From: a virus
IMG/VR virus record: IMGVR_UViG_3300010339_000002
Location: 5,329-69,328 of that record
Strand: one strand, 5' to 3'
DNA length: 64,000 nucleotides
Under the pieces are notes generated by a model. The model was not told the origin of the DNA and made no database searches. It saw nothing but the letters and a program-made list of their open reading frames with translations. Numbering within the stretch: the first letter of the stretch is position 1; every line of letters begins with the position of its first letter. Positions 11,343 to 22,785 of this stretch are shown here, one piece after another. The position numbers and the translations under genes were made by a program.

Positions 11343-11366
11343 GAACCCAAGTCTCTTCGCTGCGGA

Positions 11367-11897
11367 CTACTTGATCCTCAGCGAATATTCAAAATCCAGC
11401 CACTCGTCGTGGTCGGCGTAAGCAGCCGGGGCGATCTGTTCGACGAAGATCACTTCCCGCGAGTTCACGATGATGTAGCGGGTGCGCTTGCTCGTTTGCA
11501 CGCCTTTATCGGTGTAGAGGCGGCGAGTATACGTGAATGGGTGGCCCTCCCATGTATCCTGCGAGCGGGTGTCAATGACCGCGCCGGGTCCGCCAGTAGT
11601 GTCGTCGTTTGCGTAGAAATCCGACGAGGTGTAGTCCGCCGCGATATCGTGATCCACGAAGCGAACGATTACGATTTGTATCACGTCGTGGTCCATGGAT
11701 GCGTAGGCGTAATTGCTGCTCTGGTTGTCTGTGCTGCGGCTCGTGTCGGTTATTATTGACCCGTTGAATGTCACTGAGAAGTATTGATTCGAAACCGGGG
11801 TCGTCTGCTTCCCTGTGTTCGGCCCTGTTGGGTACTGGGCGCAAGCGAGGGTTGCAAGCAAAGCGAATGCGATGAGAAAGAGTCCAAACTTTTTCAC
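11367..11897 (-). CDS. secreted/periplasmic protein
   Basis: signal peptide KKFGLFLIAFALLATLACA. Confidence 0.7.
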   Translation of the reverse strand: MKKFGLFLIAFALLATLACAQYPTGPNTGKQTTPVSNQYFSVTFNGSIITDTSRSTDNQSSNYAYASMDHDVIQIVIVRFVDHDIAADYTSSDFYANDDTTGGPGAVIDTRSQDTWEGHPFTYTRRLYTDKGVQTSKRTRYIIVNSREVIFVEQIAPAAYADHDEWLDFEYSLRIK

Positions 11898-11956
11898 GAT
11901 TTTTCCTGTGCTCTGATTTTGAGGGGGCGGAGTGAGCAATCCCGCCCCGAATAGGG

Positions 11957-12454
11957 TTAAGACTGCGGGCAACTCGGACGCGAGTCGTGCCAGCCGCCAT
12001 GGATGAAAGCATAGGACTGGTCAGTCAAGTCGTTGAACATCTGCGTTGCGTCGGTGTACGAATACTGGGTATAGAAGGTCTTCACAGACCCCTGTCCCCA
12101 ACCGCCAAAATCCAGCGAAGCCGTGTATTGCTCGTTCGTGTTGCTGATGGAGAAATGATACCAGAAGTTCATCTGCTGCCCGTTCTGCAACGAGAACGTA
12201 TTCCCATCGGAGCGACCGTCCGCATTGAGCCGCTCGATGATGAATTTCGGGATATTCTGCTGAGCGCCGGGAAGGTCTTTCATCGTGTAGGTACCCGTGA
12301 TGGTGACTTGAGCGATGAGAGCCGCGTTACTGATCGGTGCAACAACAGCACTACAGGGGGCGGGTCGCTGGCGCTGCTGTTGAACGGGAAACATTCCCGC
12401 ACAACCCGTGAACGTCAGAATTGCTGCGACAACTAATGCGAAAAGCGCTTTCAT
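11957..12454 (-). CDS. putative lipoprotein
   Basis: MKALFALVVAAILTFTGC lipobox. Confidence 0.7.
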   Translation of the reverse strand: MKALFALVVAAILTFTGCAGMFPVQQQRQRPAPCSAVVAPISNAALIAQVTITGTYTMKDLPGAQQNIPKFIIERLNADGRSDGNTFSLQNGQQMNFWYHFSISNTNEQYTASLDFGGWGQGSVKTFYTQYSYTDATQMFNDLTDQSYAFIHGGWHDSRPSCPQS

Positions 12455-12498
12455 AGAACCTTCCTTTTTGGTAGATTGGGGCCTAACTACAAAACCGT

Positions 12499-12981
12499 TT
12501 ACCGCACCAACTGAGGCTGGATTTCCTTCATGATGCTGTCGCAAGCAGCAACAATCTGTTTCACGACGACATTGAATTCCTGAACGTCCAGAATTCTCAC
12601 AGTCGAATCGATGCGAATAGAAAGATCGTCGTCCGAATCAAGGCTGATCTTCACGCGATCATAGTCATGGCTCAAGCGCGCGAGCTTCTTGTAGAGTTCA
12701 AGGCTGTCGGGAAGCGTTGCCTTGGGGGTCAGGGTGACAAATGTGACCAATTGACTCCCGTAAGAATAGTCGTCGTCACCGACCGCCGTAATGACCTTGT
12801 ACTTCCCGCCGAATGAATTGGGAACGAGAGCAACCCACACGGAAGGGTTTTTCGTTGCCACGAAGGAGTAATTGCTGCGGGGAAGTATCGAGTTCATCTT
12901 TGCGATGCCCTCGGATTTCTGGGCAAAGACGCCCGTTGCCAACAGCAGAACCAAAGCCACTGCCAGTACTATCTTCTTCAT
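12499..12981 (-). CDS. secreted YbjN/type III chaperone-like domain protein
   Basis: signal peptide; LYKKLARL...KISLDSDDDL pattern. Confidence 0.55.
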   Translation of the reverse strand: MKKIVLAVALVLLLATGVFAQKSEGIAKMNSILPRSNYSFVATKNPSVWVALVPNSFGGKYKVITAVGDDDYSYGSQLVTFVTLTPKATLPDSLELYKKLARLSHDYDRVKISLDSDDDLSIRIDSTVRILDVQEFNVVVKQIVAACDSIMKEIQPQLVR

Positions 12982-13024
12982 AACACACTTCTTTCTCCCA
13001 CAGTTAAAGTGAGTGGGTCACTTA

Positions 13025-13309
13025 TTACTGGGTAACCTCCCATGTTTCATCTTCGGTAACTGTATGTGTGCTAGTTGCTTCGCCACCGTCAGAATCCTTG
13101 GCTTCAAAATAATGCTCGCCAAGAGCGACAGTTGTAGTGCAGGTTGTCTTCGCTTCTGCTCGGCAGGCAAAGTCCTTGTCCACGTACAGGTTCAATGTGA
13201 CGTTGGTTTGATTGTCCAACGTAATCTTGGCCGTCTGTTCTGCGACCACGACGACAGCCGCGAGCAGGAGAACAACGAAGACCGCCAGTGATTTCGTTCC
13301 AAAGCGCAT
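13025..13309 (-). CDS. small secreted beta-sandwich protein
   Basis: signal peptide; LYVD...GEHYFEA. Confidence 0.6.
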   Translation of the reverse strand: MRFGTKSLAVFVVLLLAAVVVVAEQTAKITLDNQTNVTLNLYVDKDFACRAEAKTTCTTTVALGEHYFEAKDSDGGEATSTHTVTEDETWEVTQ

Positions 13310-13579
13310 ATTCCACCTTGAATAGAAGTATACTCAAATCCTGCCAAAAAGCCACCCTACAAATAGTACTCCAACCACGACGGAAAAAATCTGTACACCC
13401 AACAATGCACGGGACCGATGAACCAGCCGCCTCGGACATCCCAAGTCCGGCTGATTCGCACTTTCTGGAAACCCAAATCCCGCCAAGAAACCATACGCTT
13501 CCTTTTGCTGGCGGCTCTCGTTTTAACGACCTTCGCTCTTACCTCGGGGAACGGTCAAGCCCGCGACCAGCCAAATCCA

Positions 13580-14116
13580 TTACTTGGAACGAACCGAGTC
13601 AAAGAATTCGTCCGCATCCGCTCGGGTTGCGTTCAATGACTTGTCAAATATGACTACGCCGATGAACCTGCGATTTCCGGCGACTGACACCCGAAGGAAT
13701 GAATCGTCGGCGTTGTCTACGCTTTCGCCCTCGCGTGAGAAGTACCCCGCCAATGTTCCGCTTGTCCGGCTGCCGGGAACCAAAGTCCCTTTCATGGCGC
13801 TGATTCCGCCGTCAACGCAAGAATCCAAGAAAGCAACAGTAGACTCGTTTACGTTGCTGTCGTAATCAAAGACAGCAAGACCGAACCACGCATTGCCGTT
13901 TTTCGTCAAAGTGGAATACGTATAGCCTGTGTACGCAGATGCACCATCGGTGGTAGCCCCGTTGGTCACTTCCGCATTAATCTCGCTATCCGGCGTCGGA
14001 TACACTGCGCTGAACGTCGGACCATTGAACGGCGTGGTCAGTAGAAAACTCTGGGTAGCCAGAACAGGCAAAGCCAGCAGCGCCAAGCCCAGAATGATTG
14101 CCGAAAACTTCCTCAT
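13580..14116 (-). CDS. secreted protein, distant paralog of 11367-11897
   Basis: signal peptide; similar layout ending EFFDSVRSK vs DFEYSLRIK. Confidence 0.65.
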   Translation of the reverse strand: MRKFSAIILGLALLALPVLATQSFLLTTPFNGPTFSAVYPTPDSEINAEVTNGATTDGASAYTGYTYSTLTKNGNAWFGLAVFDYDSNVNESTVAFLDSCVDGGISAMKGTLVPGSRTSGTLAGYFSREGESVDNADDSFLRVSVAGNRRFIGVVIFDKSLNATRADADEFFDSVRSK

Positions 14117-15544
14117 GGTGAATCTCCTTTGGATTTCGATTGCTAAACGCCTTTCCGTTTTTTCGTAGGCCTCGGCTTATCGAGAGCCAGTTTGCATTCT
14201 AGCTGACAGAACTCCAAAAGCATGACCAGCCGGGGGTCCATCCATTCAAGGACTCCCATCCGGGTCGGAGGCTCGAAGCACTTTTTCCCGAAAACAGCAT
14301 ATGCCTCCTTAAAAGCCGCTCGGGCATAGCGCCGCTGCAACGGCACCAGCCGCTTTTGCAGGGCGTCCCATTTTCTCCAGCACTTGGGTCTCATACGCCT
14401 TCCCAATCTTCCTGCTTTTTCGTGGGCCTCGGCTTGCGCTTCCCCCCTCTAGTGGAGGCGCTCATCCGCATGCTCCAATATACCACGAACAACCCGCCGC
14501 TCGCAAAGAAAATCCAAAAGACTGAGGCTGGCATCAGTTCACGATCTCCCTGCGTGCCTTGCGGCGTTCTCGCGGGCACGGACGACATATTCCTCATGGC
14601 GAGGCTCGCGGCGGGCCTTGCGCCGCTGGTGCGAATTGCCGGAAAAGCCGCTCGTTGGCTTTGCCGGGGTTTTGTAGACTGGCTTCTTATTCGTCAGGTG
14701 CACCACTTCCTCCCCTTGAATTCCTTCGCATGCTGCCCGCAGTAAAGCTTCGCCGGGCCGTGCCCCGGCTTTCGGTGGCATTGGTGGCACATGCAGCTTC
14801 TTCCGCTTTCGTACACTTCCATGGCGCATCGCTCGGGCGTATACGCAGTCCCCTTAGGGTTGCCAGCCCACTCGTTGTAGCGCGTTTTCTGCGCCTGTTC
14901 CTTCGTCGTGGGCAAATAGCTAAAAATCATCCTAGCTCCGTTTCCCGATTAACGCACGTTCTTCATATTCTTCCTGCACGTCCCGCTCCGAACGCTTCTC
15001 GTAAGCAGCGATTGCGTCGCGCAGTTGGCACAAGATTGCTTGATTTCTTAGCCGCAGCGCATCGTGCGGCATTTGCAGGGCGAGTAAGTATCCCGATTTA
15101 CAGGCTTCGTACAATCGCTTCGTCACCTGTCCCTCGCTTTCCACCCGGCGATGAATCCGTCCGCCCGGCTCGTCAGCATCGTCACGGTATCGGGGTCCAG
15201 CGTCCCGTAGGAAATATACTTCACGCAGAATCCATAAGCCTTGTCGGGAAAAATCAGAATGCGATGCGGCTTGATCTTGAACTGCGCCATGAAGTACGCC
15301 ACCAAGGCTTCGATAACGTTCAAGCTGGCGTCAGCGGCGATCACGTACCTATGCTGGGTATCATGCTTCGCGATTAGCCCGCTCGCTGCGGCGTCAACAT
15401 TCTTCTTTGGTGTGGAATGACCGTATAGAGGATTGCACTCCGCAAAATGACAGTAGCCCGGCTTAGCTTGATGCTTGCACAGCTTGAGGTCAATGCCGTC
15501 TTGCTTGCCCCTCGATGTCGCCACGGATTGTTCCCTCCAACTAT

Positions 15545-15574
15545 AGTATACAGCGGCTTGGGGGTTTTTGGCTA
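15545..15574 (-). promoter_or_regulatory. repeated phage promoter (leadered, SD GGAGG follows)
   Basis: TAGCCAAAAACCCCCAAGCCGCTGTATACT. Confidence 0.85.
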
Positions 15575-15576
15575 CC

Positions 15577-15906
15577 CTACAGGCCCCGCTTCAATGCTTC
15601 GCGCAGCCCCTTGGCGTGCTTGCAGGGGGTCTTAGTGAACCCCAGCAGGACGAGAGCACACCGGAACATGGACCCGAGGCAGGTGCACAGGATGGCAGCC
15701 GTGCCGTTCCCCCAGCCCGCTTTCGTGTCCTTTATGACTTGAAGGTAGTAGCCCTCATTGGGATTGGTTTCGGACAAGGTAGCGAACATGCGGACGGAAG
15801 TACGGTCGGGCAATTGGTTCAGAACGGAGATGGGAACGCCGATTTCCTCGAACTCGCCGGGGCGAAGGTCGGGGAACCGCTCGGTAAAATACGATTTGAA
15901 AGGCAT
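15577..15906 (-). CDS. SWIM zinc-finger-like protein
   Basis: CTC...CKH motif; SD GAGGAG; TTGACA/TGCTATACT promoter upstream. Confidence 0.6.
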   Translation of the reverse strand: MPFKSYFTERFPDLRPGEFEEIGVPISVLNQLPDRTSVRMFATLSETNPNEGYYLQVIKDTKAGWGNGTAAILCTCLGSMFRCALVLLGFTKTPCKHAKGLREALKRGL

Positions 15907-15961
15907 ATGGGACTCCTCGGAAGCAGTATAGCATACGGCGAGGAGTGTCAACAACTATTTT

Positions 15962-15986
15962 GGGGAATTATCCCCTTAACTCCACA
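15962..15986. repeat. 25-bp inverted repeat, left copy
   Basis: GGGGAATTATCCCCTTAACTCCACA is 23/25 identical to reverse complement of 16837-16861. Confidence 0.8.
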
Positions 15987-16259
15987 GATTTTTGGCGGGA
16001 TTCTGGCGGGTCTTCAATTCGTCAACCAATGCTTTACCGAGTCTTTCCGCCTCGCTCCACTGCTTTCTCGTGAGGCCGGACTTCATCGCGGCACCAAGGG
16101 CGTCAAGCGCCCTGTTGAGGGCTTCCGTCGAAAGCGTCTTGATAGTGTCCGGCTGCCACGCTTGCTTAGGGTTTAGCTCCCCGGCGACCTTGAACAAGTC
16201 GCTCAGTATGTTATCGGACTGGTCTTCCCGGCTCATCTTGCCCCTCAAATAGGGGGCAG

Positions 16260-16799
16260 CTAGTCCACATTTTCCGTCAATTCCGCATAGGTGATTCGCT
16301 TCCCCGCCACGGCGTCCACCAAGCTGTCCAGCGTCCTGTCGTCGCACCATTGCTTCCAATTGAGAGTATCGGTAAGCTGCGGGATTGGCGCATTCCCCGG
16401 AGCGAGCATCAGCATCACGGCGTCAACAGTATCATTGATGGTGTTTTCGTTGTCGATGTGCACCAAGATATCGATGTCCAGCGCCGCCTTGTATTTTGCG
16501 GTTTGCGCTTCGGCTTTGGCACGGTCGCTTCCCCCCACCTTCACTTCAATCCCCACCATTTTTGCTGTGAGCGGAGATGCCGCTATTAAGTCGCACCGTC
16601 CTACCTTGTTGTAATATGGCTGGTTGGAGCCGTCTTTCCTGAGCGGGGCGTCGCAACTGTTGCCCGCGACAGCGCCACGCCCAACTTCGCAGCGGACTTG
16701 AAATCCCGCCCGGCGCAAGGCGTACCAAAGCTCGCATACGACATCGGTTTCGGAGCGGTGGAAAGCGAAGGTATGTAGTCCTAACATATCGTCCTCCAT
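16260..16799 (-). CDS. PD-(D/E)xK nuclease-like protein (leaderless start at 16799)
   Basis: RSE...L...G.QV.CE...GRCDLIA...GIEVK motif; ATG 6 nt after TATACT. Confidence 0.6.
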   Translation of the reverse strand: MEDDMLGLHTFAFHRSETDVVCELWYALRRAGFQVRCEVGRGAVAGNSCDAPLRKDGSNQPYYNKVGRCDLIAASPLTAKMVGIEVKVGGSDRAKAEAQTAKYKAALDIDILVHIDNENTINDTVDAVMLMLAPGNAPIPQLTDTLNWKQWCDDRTLDSLVDAVAGKRITYAELTENVD

Positions 16800-16805
16800 A
16801 CCCAT

Positions 16806-16834
16806 AGTATACAAGAGACGGAGGATTTTGGCTA
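16806..16834 (-). promoter_or_regulatory. repeated phage promoter
   Basis: TAGCCAAAATCCTCCGTCTCTTGTATACT-N6-ATG. Confidence 0.85.
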
Positions 16835-16836
16835 CT

Positions 16837-16891
16837 TGTGGAGTTAAAGGGATAGTTCCCCTATTTTGTGGACTCAAGGGAATAAGTCCCA
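16837..16891. repeat. two tandem copies (30-bp period) of the inverted repeat, right end
   Basis: TGTGGAGTTAAAGGGATAGTTCCCC and TGTGGACTCAAGGGAATAAGTCCCA. Confidence 0.75.
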
Positions 16892-18695
16892 AAAATTGAG
16901 TCGGGGAGTCGGTGCATAGTATGAGAGACTCTGCGGTTGTGACTCCCCGACAAGAGGCTTGGGAAGAGAGGTTCTTAATACCTACTCCATCAGCCTCTAT
17001 TTTGGGGTGGCTAGTTGCTTTTCGCTTGCAGCCAGCAATTCCTTTAGGACCCGCAGGCGTTCCTTTTCCGCTGCGGCTGCTTTCTTGGCATTGCGCTTGT
17101 CGCGTGCCCAAATCCCCCGCTGCTGGTGTTCAAATTGGGCGGTCGTAATTGTCAATCGTTCCCCGCTTTGCCTGAAAGACTTAATCATTGGAATCTCCTA
17201 AGGGATTCTTCCAGCCTTCTTGCGAGCGGATTTCAAGTATCTGCTCTATCGTGAGTCCCTTTCCGAGGTCGTCGGCGTCCCAACCTTTGGCTTTACAGTA
17301 CTGTTCCACAAAAGCATGGCGGGCGGAGAGGAACTTCACATCCTTCTCACTGAGCCCACATACTTTGATTCCGTTTCCCAAGTCTAGCTCCATGGTCTTT
17401 TTCCTTTCAGGCCCCACGCCAGCGCGTAGATTAGGACGCCAGCGCAGAGCAGGGATTCAAATACGGCGAGCCATTCGATCAGGAGTTTCCAGTTCATAAG
17501 ACCCTCGGTGGCTTTGGAAGCGTCGGTATGATTGCCGTTGCAGCGGCGCTCTTCCGGCGAGACTCTTCCCGATATCGTTGCGACAATTTTGCGTTCTCGT
17601 GAGTTAGGAGTTCCTTCCGGGCTTCATCAATTCCGTTTTGGTAGTAGTGGGTAAGCCACTGCACATATTCATTGCGAGTCGGACCCTCTGGAAGTGCAAG
17701 TGCCCACCTCATCGTGGCATCGACTTTTGCTTGCTCCCGGTCTATTGTTTCCACGCTGCCCGGAGGGAAAAGACCGCTAAGATGGATCAATTGCTGGTTG
17801 AGGACGTGGTATACCGCTATGGACAAGCCTTCTTCTTTGACCATGGTTTTATCGACCGCAACCGCCGTTTCAACCCTTCGTTTCCTGAGCCGACCGACCA
17901 AGAGTTTCCAGTCCACGCTATTGATTCTCCTGCTAAAATAATACCACGCCTGCCGAGGAAAGTCTTTATTGTTTCTTCTGGCCGTGCATCAGCCTTTTGA
18001 GCGAAGCGTTCAGGTCAGCGTGCTCTACTGGTTCGGGTTCCTGCGGCGTCGCCGACGCCCGTGCGCTCAGAAAAACGATGTAATGGTTGGGCTCTGTGTT
18101 GACCGCGCGGCAAACCGAGTGAAGGTCCAGTTTGGTCTCGCCGGAATCCACGACGAAGTACAGGAAGCAGCCCTTCTTCTGGGAGTGCCAAGCGGTGTGC
18201 GGCGGCCACAGGTCGTGCTTGGCTACGGAATACTGATCCTTCCACTCGTAATCCTTGTGCCCGTCAATGTACTCTCGGGCCATGCGGACGGCTTTGTCCA
18301 TTTGGTCCACGGGGATAAAGGCGATCTTCTCCATCTTTTCGCCCGGACCCACTTTCACAAGGGCAAAACGTTCGGACGATGCCGATACTTCGACAACCAC
18401 CCTCACAAAGTTTTTGGGGAACTTGCTAAAGTCCGAAGTATCCACCGAATTCATGGCTTCTCCTGCCTGCGAATCCTGAGCTTCTCGATCTCCGCGTCCA
18501 GCCGAGCGAACGCCTCGTCTTCTTTTTCTGAGCCGCGATACGTCTTTTTGGGGGTAGAGACTTCCGTGATCTCGGCGCTGAGTTCCTCGAAGGGACGGAC
18601 CCGTTTTTCATGCAGTTGGTGGGCAAATCCTTCGCCCGCATAATAGCTCATGTCAATTTGGGAGTCGCAGCTTCTCGACTCCTATCCTCGCTCTT

Positions 18696-18725
18696 AGTAT
18701 ACAGGGGTCGGGGGGATTTTGGCTA
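18696..18725 (-). promoter_or_regulatory. repeated phage promoter with 5-prime UTR hairpin
   Basis: TAGCCAAAATCCCCCCGACCCCTGTATACT; GGAGTCG/CGACTCC hairpin 18661-18682. Confidence 0.85.
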
Positions 18726-19078
18726 CTTGGCTGGGAGCGAGGACTGCGGCTGGTCCACGGCCTCCTGAAGTATCTCTCCCCAGCGTTCGAGGGAGCCGCG
18801 GTAGCCGAGTTTCTTGGCCTGCTTGTACGAAGGCCCGAAAAGCTGTTGGTAGAGGGCTTTGTGGGGAACCCGCATGAAGACCCCGCCGACTATGCGGAGC
18901 CGGGGAAGCTCCGGATCGTTCGGATCGGTGTTCGCCACTACAAGCTCGACGTAGGATTTCGCCGTCGTGTCGATCAGGCGGCAGATGCCCAAAATGTCGC
19001 CGAGGTCCGGCGGGGAGACATCGAGCAGATCGACGAATTTGTCGGCCATAAATCTTCCTCTATTGACAAAACCCAAAG

Positions 19079-19504
19079 TCATTTCTTTAGTTGCTCCTCA
19101 AACCAATCTGCAACGGCACGTAACCCTAAAGGATCAGTTTCAGATGACTTAATTCTATTAGCTCTAGCGGAGATCACGGCTATGTTACCTTTTACATATC
19201 CGAATTGCGGAAGAATACGATCTAAACTTGGTGATTCAGGAAGAGCGCCCAAGTATGCTTTAGCTTGTCGGAATGGGGTTTTGAATATGGGGCAACAGTT
19301 GTCTTTAGGCCAAACCTCAAAAAGATCGGGTAGTTTGATTGAAAAAGGAAGGTTTGACTGTTTCGCTCGTGTTTGAGCCCGAGAAAGCATACGTCTGATT
19401 CCAAGTTGTCCGTTAACTCGACGACGATAACAGTCTCGACAAGCCCCATTGGTAGAAGGTCCATTAACATGCTTTGGGCACGGATCACCGCTTTTCGTTG
19501 GCAT
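19079..19504 (-). CDS. HNH-family homing endonuclease-like protein
   Basis: CPI...SPSLDRI...GYVKGN...ISARANRIK; AT-rich relative to flanks. Confidence 0.75.
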   Translation of the reverse strand: MPTKSGDPCPKHVNGPSTNGACRDCYRRRVNGQLGIRRMLSRAQTRAKQSNLPFSIKLPDLFEVWPKDNCCPIFKTPFRQAKAYLGALPESPSLDRILPQFGYVKGNIAVISARANRIKSSETDPLGLRAVADWFEEQLKK

Positions 19505-19590
19505 GAGTTATTATTCCGTTGCCTTCAAGAGCATCTGGTACGTTTCCCGAAGGACCCTTTCCCTTCGCTCTTTTTCTCTTTCTTCTCGGG

Positions 19591-21183
19591 TCATTTTCCA
19601 CCTCCAGCCGGGGGATCGGGGAACTTCGTATCCCTCCAAGTGCCGTCGCCCAGCTTGACCTGCATCTTCGTCGGATCGTCCGGATTCGGGCGCTGGCCAT
19701 AGATATCAAGCTTGCCTTCCTTGGTTTGGGTGTCCATATTCGAAACGCCTGTGTCCGTCGTGCCCCGAGGAACGACTTCTGCGGCTTCCATGACTCGGAG
19801 GCTTCGAGCCCGGCGAGTGATGGCACGCAGGAAATTGTTGTAGGTTTCCTCGTCCAGTTGGTAGTTGGGATCGAAAATGGGCGTGAGGATGTCCAGCACG
19901 CCGACCTCGCCCTCCGCCTCCGCCGCCGCATAAATTTGGAACAACAAGCCCTTCAATGGATTCTTGGTCAAAGCGTCCAATACCGCGGCGTACCGCATGA
20001 CCTCGCTCTCCGCGAGGTCGGCGGGAATCTCCATCACTGGCTCGGTGTAGTGGTTGATCGGCTGGATGATGCCGTGCTTCAGGTCCTCGATCACTTCCAG
20101 CGAGCGATTGCTGGCGTCCTCAAGCTGCTTGGCTTGGCGCTCATCCAAAGCGTGCCGCGTGCACGAGGCGATGAATCCCGTCAGGTTGAGGACAAGCTGG
20201 GTCTTCTCGTCCGGCCACTTGGAGGTGTAGACAATCCGCAGCAATTCGTCCCGCTCGATATCCGTCAATTCGACTCCCGTTCCGGTCTTGTCGTGGACCG
20301 ACTTGAGGAACTGCTCGAATCCGAGGCTCTTCAGGACTTTTACCGCTGTCACGCGAAGCGTAGCCCGGTGCGTTAGCGCCTGCTCCAGTATGTCGATTTC
20401 CTGAAGCACCCGCTGGTGGTCCACCCCATGGGGATCAAGCTTCTGAACGTCCTCCGGCGCTACAACAACCCCGTTGTTCTGCAAGTAGATGTAGCTGTCG
20501 ATGAGCGGGGTCTCGGCGTAGTCGTGGATCAACCCGATCAGGTCCGACCTGATCAGGCTGTACATTAGGGTGCCATACGCCGTAGGAGCCCCTGTGCGGT
20601 CGAAAGCACGGTTGGGGCACTCCTGCCTAAGCAAATTCCATACGTCCTCGTCCGGGGCGTCCTTGAACGTTGTGGGCTCCGTGGCACAGCCTTCGCACGT
20701 GCAGTTGAGGGAGAGATGGGGCCTTACCAAGGTGTAGCCCTTGAAGATGCGTTCAAGCCAGCGGCGGACGGGACAACCCTCGTCAGGGTGCGTTAGGACG
20801 TTGTGGAAATTCCGCCCCTCTCCTAAAATCTCCGCGTACTGTTCAAGATCGGTCACCGAGGACGTGAAAGTTCCATCATCGTTGATGTATTGCTTGCCTA
20901 GCCGGGCGTCTCCGCCGAATACGGCCCTGCGGTTGACGACGAACTGATTTTCAATAGCCGTAAAGCGAGGATCGTGGATAAGGTTCCATGTGGGGCCGAG
21001 GGTCTGCACAAATCCCCTGTCGCCGAACACGATCTCATGCATTAGTTGACAGTAATGAAATTCTTCCCGCTGGACCTCGGTTTCCTCATAAATCCTGTAG
21101 ATTCTTTTGTTGTCGTCCAGCATTCCGAAAATGCGTTTCAGATTTTCCACTACGTCTCCCTTATGTAAGCGGGCCTCATTCAA
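19591..21183 (-). CDS. hypothetical protein, 530 aa
   Basis: long ORF, phage-like codon usage. Confidence 0.75.
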   Translation of the reverse strand: MNEARLHKGDVVENLKRIFGMLDDNKRIYRIYEETEVQREEFHYCQLMHEIVFGDRGFVQTLGPTWNLIHDPRFTAIENQFVVNRRAVFGGDARLGKQYINDDGTFTSSVTDLEQYAEILGEGRNFHNVLTHPDEGCPVRRWLERIFKGYTLVRPHLSLNCTCEGCATEPTTFKDAPDEDVWNLLRQECPNRAFDRTGAPTAYGTLMYSLIRSDLIGLIHDYAETPLIDSYIYLQNNGVVVAPEDVQKLDPHGVDHQRVLQEIDILEQALTHRATLRVTAVKVLKSLGFEQFLKSVHDKTGTGVELTDIERDELLRIVYTSKWPDEKTQLVLNLTGFIASCTRHALDERQAKQLEDASNRSLEVIEDLKHGIIQPINHYTEPVMEIPADLAESEVMRYAAVLDALTKNPLKGLLFQIYAAAEAEGEVGVLDILTPIFDPNYQLDEETYNNFLRAITRRARSLRVMEAAEVVPRGTTDTGVSNMDTQTKEGKLDIYGQRPNPDDPTKMQVKLGDGTWRDTKFPDPPAGGGK

Positions 21184-22785
21184 CGGTCGCTTGACACAAC
21201 CTAATACTCACTCCGCAGTACTTCCCGAGGAGGGATTGCCTATGATCCAAAAGCAAAACACACAAATCCTCAGGAGACAAACGCCGACAAACCGAACTAA
21301 ATAGGGAGGTGATCTTTTATCTACACCTGACCTTCGCAGGGAGTCGTGTGCCCGCGAGGGTCTTCGTGTGCTTGACGTGGGGTGCGTGGCACCAGCACGT
21401 TCCGTCGAGGTACTTGCGGCCGTCGAAGAATCCCAGACCAGCGTTGCGGTACCGTTTCATGAATTTTGGGTTAGTCTGTTCTTCCTCGGTCAGCAACTCG
21501 ATCTCCCATCGCCCATAGGGATCGGTGCCGAGAAGCCCGCGGTTGGCTGCCCGGATGATCTCGCGGTCGGCGGCAGTCAGCGTCGAGTAGCGACTGATGA
21601 TGTCCAGAATTCTCTCCAAAGCATCGCAAGGTTCGGTTACTTCAGAAGTACGAATCATGATCTCCTCCATAAAATTTTCATAGGCGGTTCTTCCTGACGA
21701 TCCGAGCCATCAGTTCCCCAACAGGATCGTCCCATTGTGCCACATTTTTGATCAGGTTTGCCATCCAGTCGAAATGCTTCGCACAAAGCCACATGAGGGG
21801 TTCTCCGTGCAAAAGGCGCAGTTCGCTATCGTCCTCGGATTCGATGCAATTGTGGGCTGGCAGCCCGCAGGCTTCGGTCTCCGATATCGGCCATTGGCAT
21901 TCATGCGGCATCAGATTCTCACAGGAGCCCCGGATTGAGTTTCTTGACCTTGGTGATGTGTTCAGGAGAGTAGTTCGTGCGATTCCACTCCCGCAACTTT
22001 TCAATCAATAAGTCAAAATGTTCGGTGCAGTAGCATTTCAACATACCTTCCGGACTATAGGCGGAGTGCGTCGGGGGCTTGTCGCATTGAACAGGCGGCC
22101 CTTCCTCGGGGAAGATGGGGAAGATCACAACACAACAAGCTTTGTCATCTACGTGCATTTCTTGCCCCGGCGATCCGGCAGCTTGTACAGCTTCTCAAGC
22201 CACTCGACATCCGCTTTGGCCTTCTCGTCTAACGGCTTGGCCGCCATAGCCCGCTTCCGGGCTTTCACGGGTCTGTCGTCTATCTCCCAGATCGACTCGT
22301 ACCAATCGTCCTCGTCTTCGAATTCCTCGCTGTGCTCTTCCGTAAAGGCGAGAAGCTTGTCCTCCCAGTCACTCAGCGTGGCGGCTTTGTCTTCCAACAG
22401 GGCGTCCCATTCTTGGAGGGTGGACTGGTATTTCTTCAACTCCTCGAAGCCTGCTTGTAGCTGTTCCTCGGTGAGTTTCGTCTTTGGCTTGCTAAGTTTA
22501 TCGTCCACAATCAGTCCTTTGGTAGCGCTTTCTTAAGGTCGGGAATCGAATCCCCGCAGGTGAAGCATTCACAGCCTGCTGGATGGTCTTTCGTCCATTG
22601 CTGCAAATCCCACAGGGCTTCACGGGCGGCGTCTTCCAGCGTCATCGCCCATTGCTGGTCCACCAGCGCCATTTCGTCGTCAAAGTGGTTGTCACATTCT
22701 CGTAGCATGGCTTCTGCTTCGTTTTCTGGGAGCTTCATCGCCCTGACCTGCTCCCGCGTGTATTTTGCCCCTTGTACAAAGTGCC

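Noticed and set aside
16837-16891. DnaA boxes / replication origin
   Set aside because: Only the TGTGGA core matches, with no full TTATCCACA and no AT-rich unwinding element.
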